The notes beneath the pieces were generated by a model, which did no database searches, was not told the DNA's origin, and saw only the letters and a program-made list of their open reading frames with translations. A program made the translations under genes and the position numbers. From Botryllus schlosseri (lineage: Eukaryota): a DNA stretch of 64,000 nucleotides. The stretch is taken from positions 22,136,001-22,200,000 of the forward strand of contig CM119372.1 in assembly GCA_051294905.1 (NCBI GenBank), in the 5' to 3' direction. Below, one piece after another: positions 47,401 to 58,800 of the stretch. Each line of letters starts with the position of its first letter. The first letter of the stretch is position 1.

Positions 47401-48293
47401 AAGTGCTGTGCGTGGATTTCAGCGCTTTCAGCAAAAACGGCTGCACGTATTTAGGCGGGCAGCTTTCAAAAATCGCCGAGCATTTCAGTTCCATGGTGGA
47501 GCAGTTGCCTTCGCAAATCAAGTGTCCTCGGTGTCTGGCTTCTAAAATGGCGATCGATCCTGTGGCCGAACGCATCGTCGAAGGAATCCATGAGTTGCAA
47601 GAGCACTTTGAGGCGTACAATGCGAAAAGGAGGTTTGCAGTCGAATGTATCGACGCGATAAAAGAAATCGAATATAAGAACGGGAAGGGATCGATAAAAT
47701 CGCAAGGTATCGGACACAAGCAGTTGGAATTGTGCAGACTTCTGTACAGGCTTCATTATCAACTGCTGCTCTTGTTGAAATGCTTCAACCAGCTGATTCG
47801 CATTCTGGCTTCGAGTACAAACGAAAATGGAAAAAATGTCACCGGCCAACTGGAATCGCTCAAAAAGAAAGTGTTGACGATCGAGAAGACCTATCAGACT
47901 CACCGAGACAAGCAAGACACTGAACTACGACTGTATTTGAAATCACGAACTGTGGAGGAATCGGAGCAGGCGCTGATGTCTAGCATCGCGAACGAACACC
48001 TTCACCTGGCCATCCGGCAGCTGAACCTGTTGCGTCAATTGTGGCCGGCGCAGTATTTCGGGCACGTCGACCAGCCCGCCGGCGACTTCTTGATGAAGAT
48101 TTACTTCAACCACCTGGAGCAGCAGGGTGATGAACCCATTTTCGCCATTCTGGGATCGGAACAAGCATCGCACGACGTTTGCGAAAAACTGATGGAAGTT
48201 AATGGGCAGATTCAGCAATCTTTGGACTCTCTGGCGCTCAATGCCGGCGATATAAATGCGAGTCCAGCGCTGGTGAAAAAAACTCATTTTTAA
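38478..48293 (+). CDS. FRY: Protein furry / furry-like (MOR2-PAG1 family scaffold), 3271 aa, intronless CDS
   Basis: Uninterrupted ORF with furry hallmarks [74 protein letters not shown] and LPGRTLTF. A 3' splice acceptor TTTTGTTTGCAG ends at 38428 in the 5' UTR. Confidence 0.96.
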   Translation: [3271 protein letters not shown]

Positions 48294-49880
48294 GCAATGT
48301 TTCTCGTAGTTCCAACCACTATGTAACTTTGATATCAATCCCTCGTGTGAAGTGTTTCCTATCTCTTCTGTAGTCTACTCCTCAGCTCTTGACAACAATC
48401 CTTTACTGTTTGCTCTCTATGGAAAAACTCAAATTCAGATGGAAAAACTACTTCATCTTTCGAATAATAAAGTATTACAGTGTGTTATATCAGAAGATGC
48501 TGTTGGGATTCGAATCCTCTTTTACAGGCATTATTTGATTAGCTGCTTAAAGTATGTTTCGTGTAACGAAATGTTTCATCACGGACAAAATACAATTACA
48601 AGTAAAGAAAAACTCACTGTTGGTGAATTGAAGCATCTCGTATGTTGAACTGTAGATGGTGTTCAATTTCGTATTTTTTCAGTGTTCTCGCGTATAGTAT
48701 CTATGTCGCACTGCCATTATGTGAAAAAGGTCAGGAAGTATTTTGCATCTCATTAAAACAATATGTTATTGAATCAATATCGTATGACCCACTGATTGCT
48801 TTTGGTCAGTAGCCTGTTTCTGGTGTATAGCAACACCTGTTTGCTTGCACTTCGAATCAAGATTCTTGGTGACTGACACTTGAAAACGCTCCCTAGTGAT
48901 AAGTTGAGTTATAAAAATTTGGAAGTCTTAATTCGGTAGGATTTTTTCAGTCTGCACGTTCGTTATCGTATTATGCTGACATCTCTTCAAATATATATTT
49001 ATATCATATTTATGCGTAACCTATAGATGTACAGACATGTCAAGGGTCAATTTACACTGCCAATATCAAAAGAAAAAGTATCATATCTGATAATGAGCAA
49101 TGGATCATTTATGAGCACTATGTTAAAATATTATCACCATCTGTTCTCCTACTGCACTGTGGCGTGCTTGTGATGTAAACCAAAATTGTCAGTGCGAGTT
49201 TTTGATATAGATTCATTTGGGACAGAGCATGAGGGTGCTAGCCTTGCGTAACAAAACTGATGACCTCCAATCTACCGTATGCCAAAGATGTCTCGGAGAA
49301 CTTATGCTTCTAGTTGAATAATGTGCTGATAAATGGTATCGTTTGAACCATTCTCAAATGCTGTCACTGCCCTGCAGACCATCTCAAATCCAGCCCGACA
49401 TCCACTGAATTGAAGCCCGAGTTCATCCTGATATTCTCTAAATTAGAATGTGTACCTTAATATTCTTTAATTCTAGCGGGCTACAATGTAGATACACGGA
49501 GAATCAAATGTGTAATTGTGATGTTTTCTTCACTATAATGTTGGACACCTTTTCATCTTGCTGAAATGTAGCAATAGGGATGATTACAGTGAAACCATCT
49601 GCTACTGTTGCTGTGATGCTTTTGTGCGCAAGATTATTCTTCATTGTACCGTTCTTTATCAGGGTACTTGACCATGCCTGTTCAAAGTGTACAGCTGACT
49701 GTGTACTGCTGCATTACAACTTTCCATGTAATAAGCTCATTCATGAATGTGTCGATGTAATGCTTACCTGATTCAAGCTTGACAATATTTTTCTCTTTTT
49801 CTGTTCTATTACATAACCTACCATAACGTTGTAATCGATCGATCTGAACACTGTGGTTTTTTGGAAAAGTGACGGGAGCT

Positions 49881-52800
49881 ATGAATCACCAGAATAACAA
49901 CGCGGAATATGCAGATGCTGCAAACGGTACCACAGAAAGTGACAAAATTCTGTCTGGTCAGTCTTCGTCGTCAGCCAGCACGGTTCCTTACAGGTACTAT
50001 TCCAAGATTTGAATGGGCCTAACGACGGTGATCCCATTTATTAGTTAGGGTTAGGGCAGTGCTCCACAACCTTTTTTCTCTTATGATATGGTCAGTGACA
50101 AAGTACTTCTATTGTTTCTGAGAACTTACTCAACTTGATGGATTTTGAAGCAAAAGTATTTACTTTTTTTCACTTTGCTTATGTAAAATAGAAAGTATTT
50201 TGAGAATAGGTTGCATTACTTTTACGGGTGAAATTGTCAGTGACAATCATCTCGTGACAACGAGGTTGCGGAGTAATCGGTAAGGCCGTAAGGGAAACAT
50301 GAAATATATAGTTACTGGCCTGAGAATGTTTTTTTTACTTATAGAATGGCAGAACTTGACAAGTGATGCATCAGAACTAGAGCCCGACCGATGTCAGAAC
50401 TTCGCAATATTTCTTAATACAACGTTTTTGTCGATAAAGCTGACATCAATATGTGACATATTTTGACTTGATTTAAATTCTGTTTAATGGGAATAATTTG
50501 AAAAATATGTTCGAAAGAAAATGCCCGTCGATTTTGAAATTAGTACCTTCAGTCCGACAGGGACTTGAACGTATTTCATCAATTCCAAATAATGGAAATA
50601 GCAATCACGGATTTTCCGAGTACACCCCCTGTCCCTAGCTCGATGTGTTCCTTGCCTCGCGAATTTCCAGCTTTGGGCCCTTACTCGGCCTACAAATGAT
50701 ACATTGCTTAATTATGTAGCACAGATCCGGCCACTCAAGAGGCGTCAGACAGCCAGAAAGATTCCATACCCACGGGACCACCGGCGTGGGGCTCTTTATA
50801 TCCGATCGACCCAAGTTTTTACCCGATGGGTAATTTGCTTTCTGGTGTGTCACTCAAATTGATCTCAACAAGTCCCTTCTTATGCCAGAACTCTATGATG
50901 ACATGATTACGTTCGGCCGTGGGGAAAGATGTAATTATACTTTTGATGTGCCATCAATCAAAAGAAGCGGACACTATCAGCAATATAGCAAGGAGCATTT
51001 CACAATAACAAGGGTGGGTTACTTTCGGCAGTTACTTGAATTGCGAGGCAATGCAGCTCATTTCAAAATGGGTACATTGACCACAGGTTCTGTATTCACT
51101 AGCAAGTAGGCCTAGCCACTTCAGTAAATTCCATCACAATCACAGTTATCTTGTCAAAGCATAATGCTCCTTAGATGTGCAATTGCATTGTTGTCTCAGC
51201 AATTGATCGTTGCAAATTCCACTCATGCATTTTGACCCTTTCATTACTGAACCCAAGCTGGGTAGGGGAATTCAGTTCAAGTCCCCTATTACAAATCTGA
51301 ACCCCTCATCTCTTCCACAGTTGATTTTCATTCATTTTTTATTCCCGTGTTGTAACAATATAGGCTATTCCTTTATTATTACTCATTTCTGAGTTACACA
51401 GGTACTCTACCTTGTATCGTGATCAAAAGAGCTTTATCCAATCAGACTCTAGTTGACCAGATGATCAGTCCAAGTCTTAAACATTGCCAGTTCAATTTTT
51501 TACTGCATTTGTCCAATTACTTATATAACAAACTATAAACGGGACTTGTCTTGGCATGCTATCACAAGAAGGATGTGTATGTGTGCGCGGTTTATCATTA
51601 TGGCTTATAACAATGCAACCTTTTTGATGAATAGTATTATTTATAGGCCCAGGAAAAACTTCAAATTTCCACACGTCGTCCTTATAACTGGATACAGTTC
51701 ATTTCCAACTTCATTTTTTATCATATTTTAGTTGTCGGCCGACATTTTATTAAATCTAAAGATGAAAAGGAAATTGTTTCCCGTTATTTTCTGAATGCCG
51801 AGGTGCACCACGACATGTACCATGTCCATGCCTAATTGATCAATAGACTGGAATGATTTCTTGCCTGCCCATCTGGTTGTAGTCGTAACTGAAATCCTCA
51901 TTACCAGTTGGACACAAGTACACGGACCATATGGTAACTATGGCTCTGTGGCCCACTGAAAACAGTGCCTGGGCCTTGGCCTTCAGGTTGAAAACACCGC
52001 TCTAGTCAGTTCCGTATCTATGCCTAAATTCACTGGGGTATTACTTCAAATATTGCTTGATCAATGTATTTACAATCATTTCAGACACCGGGTAGCTCTG
52101 GTGGACATACTGTCATGTTGGTTGACACTAGTATGAACGGTGTGTTCGTCAATGGTGAGAAGGTGCCTCCAAAAATGCCCAGGCAGCTATGCAGTAAAGA
52201 CGAAATATCCCTTGCCTTCGAAAGAAATAAAGGTAATTGCAGTTTGGGAATTACTGTTTTACATGAGGTTCATCGTTTATTGTCGTTTTGAGTTGCTTTG
52301 ATTCAACACTGCCGCTACCAGCTTTTACGTCTACTTGTAATTGCATAGAAATTTACAGCGGAGTTACTTATACTTCTTTTCGGGAAGCCTCCCTGACTAC
52401 TTTGATCGCCTATGCCGTTGCATATATAGTTTAGATCATCCCAAACTCTTTTTCCAGTGTTATTCTATTATGACAAGACTGAAGAAGACGACCCTGACCT
52501 TCCGCAGAGTTTCAATGAGAAATATATCATGCACAGGGTGATTGGAAGGTAATCATTTCTGGCGATTCTTACTGTGATCTCAATTTTTAGGACATGCGGT
52601 TATAAAAGATGATCGTTACGAAGGCAGGCATTTAACTAAGCCGCCATAGGCGCCGAACCTGGGTATGCAAGGTATGCCGCGCATATCTAGACATTATTTT
52701 AGGTATGCGGCATACCTAGAATTCTGGTTGGCATGTATCGGCATAAATGTCAATTGCGCTATTTAGAGCAAATCGCAATGTATTTCCATTTACGACATTA

Positions 52801-55800
52801 CCCGCTGCCACTTATGTGAGGGAGGTAACACATTGTGCGCGCCAATTAGCGAGAAGCGTGTTGACAATCAGCGAGATTCATCTGTGCACTGCACAACGTA
52901 AAGCTACGCGATTTCCCGCTGAGATGATTGCGAAATTAGATCATTGATTGCCGCACGCTCGGCAATCATCGCTCGCCTGATTTATCGCGTGTCCAACAAG
53001 CCTAGTTTCGCTGGCTTGAAGAATCGCATCTGCGATAGTACTGGTGCGCACTATCCCATCGCTTGCCTACACAATCGCATCTGCAATAGGGCTGGTACGA
53101 AAGATATCATCGCTGTCCAATGTCCATCTATTGCGTCGCGGGCCTAGCATGCGTTGGCTCCTAACTGCCGATGGCTAGGAGACGATGCCGTTAAGTGTAT
53201 GCTGATTAGCGATTGTGATTAAAGAGTGACATCGCGAAACTGAATAATATCGAATGTCCCGGACATATGCGATTGTGAGTACGTAATTCAATTCCGCTAA
53301 TACCTTTAAACATTACCATCGGAAGGTGTGTGTCAAGGCTTGAGTTTTAAAAGACGAGAAAGGTTTAAACCACCTGAAATCGGTGCCGTTATAGAACAGA
53401 TTCCATAGCAACTCGGACATTTATACTTGCGCGAATTGTCGCCTAAGTTACGTAGTACGCGTTGATAAGCGGTGTATATAATTGTTCGCGAGAGATCAGG
53501 GACTCGCTAATTGACAGCACTTCCGGACTCGTTGACAAGCTTATACGCGTAAGTTCGTCAACACGATGAGATTGTATAATCGGCATTCACGCATGTACTT
53601 TACCCTAGTGAATCGATGCTATATGGACCCAAAATCATCAATTCTGTCACATTATGACATCATTCCTTTGTGACGTCGCCGAACCCGCATACCTAAGAAA
53701 AATTAGCGTCCGTGCCTATGTAAGCCGCTATTAATATAAGATCAGTTTGTCCGCCCTACAGGCTTTTCACAGCAAATGTTCTCCATTCCCAGTTATTCAC
53801 CTATTTGTTAAAAACATTTCATCAGGTATGATTCTCGAACAAAGCATGGGTGCCTATCCACCACCGAAATTGAATCAGACGTCCCGCTAATGTGCAGCCA
53901 CAATAAACAAAATCATTCAAACTGCTATTTTGTTGTTTTGCATAAAATCGTTCTCCGAGTCTCAAATGAGCGAGGGTCTGCCAAAACATTTTGTAGGGCA
54001 TGCAAAAACGGGATTAGATCGATTAGAACAGTGAATTACATTGCCTTGATTATATTGGAGTTTTCCCCTGTTAAAGAAGGCGTGTAGGTTTCACAGTTTA
54101 TCGGAATGTGTATCTAATCCGGTTTGATACGATCTGTATGATTCAATTTTGGTTTGGTTTCCATTCAAGATCCAAATTCTTCAGTAAGTCCCGTTTATGT
54201 CGAAGCTGCAATGGCTGAGCAATACCGATAGCTCGGTAATTACAAGCAAGATAACTGAGATTTGCTATACAACTTGGTGCAAACAAAACTTGATAATGAC
54301 CAATGTCGGTGCATTTTGAGACTCGATTGTCCGGTATTGCCCTACCAAGTATGAACCGTTTGTTAACGACAATTCCATCTGACAGCGGTGCCTACGGGGA
54401 TGTCCGTTGCGCAATTTCTAAATTCGGAACAGAAAAGCACGCAGTGAAGATTATCAACAAACAGAAGACCATATTTGGGACCAAGGATCAGGAACGTGTA
54501 TGTACGAAAAGTTCTGCCTCGTATGAATTTTGAATGGAGAGCCCAACCTATATAACGGGTTAATATCGGTTTCTATCATCGAGCTTCGTTGATGATTTAC
54601 TAGCTCGTTCAGATCAAACATCAGACGCAGTGATTCCTTTGATTCTCTCAATGAAACTAAGAAAATTGACTGCTAAAAACATATTATTTGAATACCAATG
54701 ACTGATCTGTAAACTTCCGAGCAGAATTACTAATTTCCGGGGCACGTCAATTAAAACTACTTAGAGTGGAAGTAAAAAATTAAGATGTGAAAACTACTCA
54801 AGTAACGTCAAAAGTAGATTTGGTCGTGGGATCACATAGTTTTAACAAGTAATCGCAGATTTCAGCTTTCGAAGCTGTAGGGTGCCATTCCGCGACCAAC
54901 AAGAAATGTCTAATAGTACAATACAAATACAAAAGTGCAATCTTTGAAGATGTGTTCAGTTGCTATAGCGGTTCCAGTCATAAATGTCATGCAAGCATAC
55001 AGAAAAGTAGAAGTTCCTAGTACTATGTTGCTGTGATATGCTACATTGTTTGTTGACTGGAGCAATGAGCATAGAAACGGCCGGGGAATGTCTGCGTGGT
55101 TGTCGGCAATGAATAGGTGGTTTTGTTGCATGTTGTATTGCGGTATGTATCATTGGAGTGTGACATCGTTTGAAGGATTTTTGTGGTAGATATTAGTGCT
55201 GTTCTGCGCCGAGCTGGGTTTACGTTGAATTGAAATTATGATGAAAGTGTTTGCAAGCCACATATTAAGGATCATGGTATAGCTTCTAAATTGCGGGGTT
55301 CAAATTTTCGCAAAACACATCGATCGAGGCATACATGATGTTGTTGTTATTGATATATTTTGGCACCATTGATCTTAGACAATGTTAAGTAATTCTTCAG
55401 GATTAGTTGTGAAGTCTTCAGTCTTTCAGGTATACGATGACATACTGAAGGAGGCAAAACTTATGCTGACGTTCCAACATCCTTGCATCATACCGGTGCA
55501 CGATGTACTCGACTCTCCAAAGTATTTGTACATTGTGTTAGAACTGTGAGTAATTTCATATGGTTTTTAAGCGCATTTTTCTTGTCATAAATTGTCCACA
55601 TCTTCATTAACGGCATACAATACAATGTATCACCAGATGTAGAAGTAGCAGTTCTTCATGTTGTGTTTTTATGTTGCTTTGGGTTCAATGATTAATATGG
55701 TCGAGTCCAAATTAAGAGTTTATACATTATCATTCTCACATCAAATCGGAAACAACTCAAAGTTTATTGAAAATTTTGTGAAAATTCAAAATGTTGGAAA

Positions 55801-58800
55801 TTCCGTGGTCGATTCTAATTTCAAAGTCCATTTTTACAAGAATCGAAAATGCAGATGTAAAGTCTATCAGAAATCGGAGATCCATTTTCTTTTTCAAATC
55901 CAAATCCATGCTTGTAAGCACTCAACAAATTCTTTAGGGAAAATTGAGTGGCGAAAATTTGAGAAGAGAGATAGGCACAGTTGTCATAAACCATATATAA
56001 ACCGGCGACACCCGAGTGGCTGGCACTTCTTTTTGATTGCAAATTTCAATGCGTAGTCCTTCTCTGTTTAGAGCGCCCGGCGGCGATTTGTACACTCGAG
56101 TATTACAGAAGCAATGGTTAGGCGACTCTGTCTCTAGCATCATGTTCTACCAAATGGTGTCTGCCGTTTCCTACCTGCACGACAAGAATGTCACGCACCG
56201 CGACTTGAAGCCGGAAAACATATTGATGATGTCGGACGAAGAGGAGTGCCTTCTCAAAGTAGGTGGTTCCACGTCGATGTCTCTATGTTTCCATGTCATT
56301 TCTGAAGATTTTTAAATTACCATTAGCCTTCACCCTTTTCTGCCGTTGAATTTTGTTTGCTTTATTGTATCTGAAGAGCTTCTTGGAGGTACAGAACGTC
56401 AATATACAATTGAATATTTTATTCATATTGAAATGAACCCGGATATTTTTGGCTGACACTCGTCAGGAGTAATAAGAACATCGTATATCAACAATCGTAT
56501 CACAAAATATGACGTCACCAGCATGGAATTTTGAATACGAGAGTGTTAAATGTACTATTTTTAGATGGTACACAAACTTTTTTCATGTTACGTTTAAATC
56601 AAGGCTACTTAATAATTCATCAGATCACTGACTTCGGAGTTTCCAGTCTGGTAGACGAAACGTCGTTTATGCGAACGCAAGCAGGCACGCCGTCGTATCT
56701 GGCACCGGAACTAGTTCAGTTAATGAAAGGCAGCGGTAAAGGGTACACGAAGCAAGTCGACTGTTGGAGTTTGGGAGTTATTCTTTACGTGTGGTAAGCT
56801 GATGGTGCCTACGCTTCTCATGATTTACATCAATGCTGGCAACATTTTTGAGGAGGTAGAATTTGTTATTGTGTTCCAAGTGTTGGTACATTACCAAGTT
56901 CGGACTGTAAAATAAAATATGATGCAAGAAACAAGAAAGTATCGTTTCGTACACAGACGGCGTTATGGTCTGGAATATAGTCTTTGTGTTGTCATGATGT
57001 ATGAAAATAAAAAGTGCGTTTTCTCACCTGGACTGGTGAAGTAGTAGTAGTAGTCTGAAATGTAACCACTTCAGTAGTAATGAAATTAGACGATTCCACT
57101 TGAGTGCTTAATTAAAGTAGAAGTACTTTGTTACTGACTTTGACCACCTGTGTTCAAACTACGATCCAATGATTCATGTGCTCGGATCGGATTCAAGCAT
57201 CAAGTGTACTGATTTGACTCTAGTATTGGGAGTCGCTTTTTTCGAGTTATGGAAACATATGCTTTCACACTAAGAGTATTATTTTAACAACAGTAAATAC
57301 AGTATGAATGGTTTATTACCACCGTTAGAGCCTCTAAACCTCAGTTACCCGTATCTCAGCATCGGAAAACTTGTTGCACGAGACTACGAATATTTATGGA
57401 ACAACGATTTCCGTCCAAGTTGTGATCAAACCTCACAATGGATACAGAGCGCTACCAAAATAATCATGGTCCAGAAATACAAAATTATTTTGCATGACAG
57501 GGGACTGGCATCCTTTGGACTCGGATTCAAATCGGCCCGCAAGGTTTTGAATGATCTACTCTTTGATCAAAAGTTGCCTTGCGCACAACTCAGAAATGAC
57601 TTATCTTATCAAATTAAATGATTGAGTAATGTATGGTAAAGTTGCATTCCTAGACAAAGAAATTCACATTTGTACTTTTCTGACTTTGGCTATTACTCAA
57701 TCGCCAGAGCTACAGCTGAAAATACTGTTTAGTCTGGCAGCCAAATTTGGGATGCTTATGTCTAAGAAAAAAAGGTCACGTCACCACCATGGCCCCAGGC
57801 CTAATCGCGGCATTGCTGTCATGTTGTGGCTAGCTTATGTCTTAATGCCTAAACAAAAAGATGAAAGCTGATGAGACCCACGCACCACATCTGCCCAAAA
57901 AGGTGCACACGGAGGGTACCAGGCACTGTGGTAAAATTTACCAGCATTATCAGCCGAAAGCGTGACCAGACCCTCTCATTATTTTCAGTCTGGTTGGATA
58001 TCCGCCGTTTGCCAGGAACCGGCCCGACACCCCCCAGGATTTGCTACAGCAGATACTGAGCGCCAATTACAATTTCAAGCATCCCAGATGGTCGAAAATC
58101 AGCGACGACGGTCGGTAGTTGGTCACGTAATTTGGAAAATCACGCCGTCAATGTCGTGAAAATCCATTTCAGCCAAAGACCTCGTGGGCAGCATGCTGGA
58201 GCTTGACCCGAAGAAGAGATTCACGCCTCATGAGTGCTTGCGGCATCGTTGGTTGAATGTGAGTGCCTGTTGTATCTGGGTCATAGGGATATGTGTTCAG
58301 GCGAGAGAGCGGACTTAAGGGACATGTAATAGATGAGGCTGCTTTCATTAGATTTTCACAGTGGATTCCCCTTGCTGCTCATTATTTCCATGTCACTATT
58401 ACTAATTGGAACACTGCTCACATGTTTTCCTTCTCTGAATGTTTGATCGGAGGTGGTTAAAGTAGTCAGTGTTGGTTGTCAAGTAACATTGACACCGTAA
58501 ATTGCACAAAACTACTTGCCAACTTGATATTAAACAATTTGATGAAGTTTTAGGTTGGTTGCATCGGTAAAGATGAGATTTACTTTGAAAAATGGAGGGG
58601 TGTAAATTTTCAAACGTACTAGTAAACTGTTGATGCTTTGACGATAGAGGTGTGAAGGAACCATTAGATAGTCGAGTCGGCACCACCAATTTTCCTCTCC
58701 GCACAATCCCAGTGTGCCTAGCGGTCAAACGTGTCTTTGTCCGAACCGACTGGGGTTCAATACTACCGTCTCGGTCATAACGTGTGGAGCACAAGACCAC

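Noticed and set aside
38742..48338. Many antisense and alternative-frame ORFs within FRY (e.g. 39014-39946, 310 aa)
   Set aside because: These are expected shadows of a long GC-balanced CDS and show no recognisable domains.
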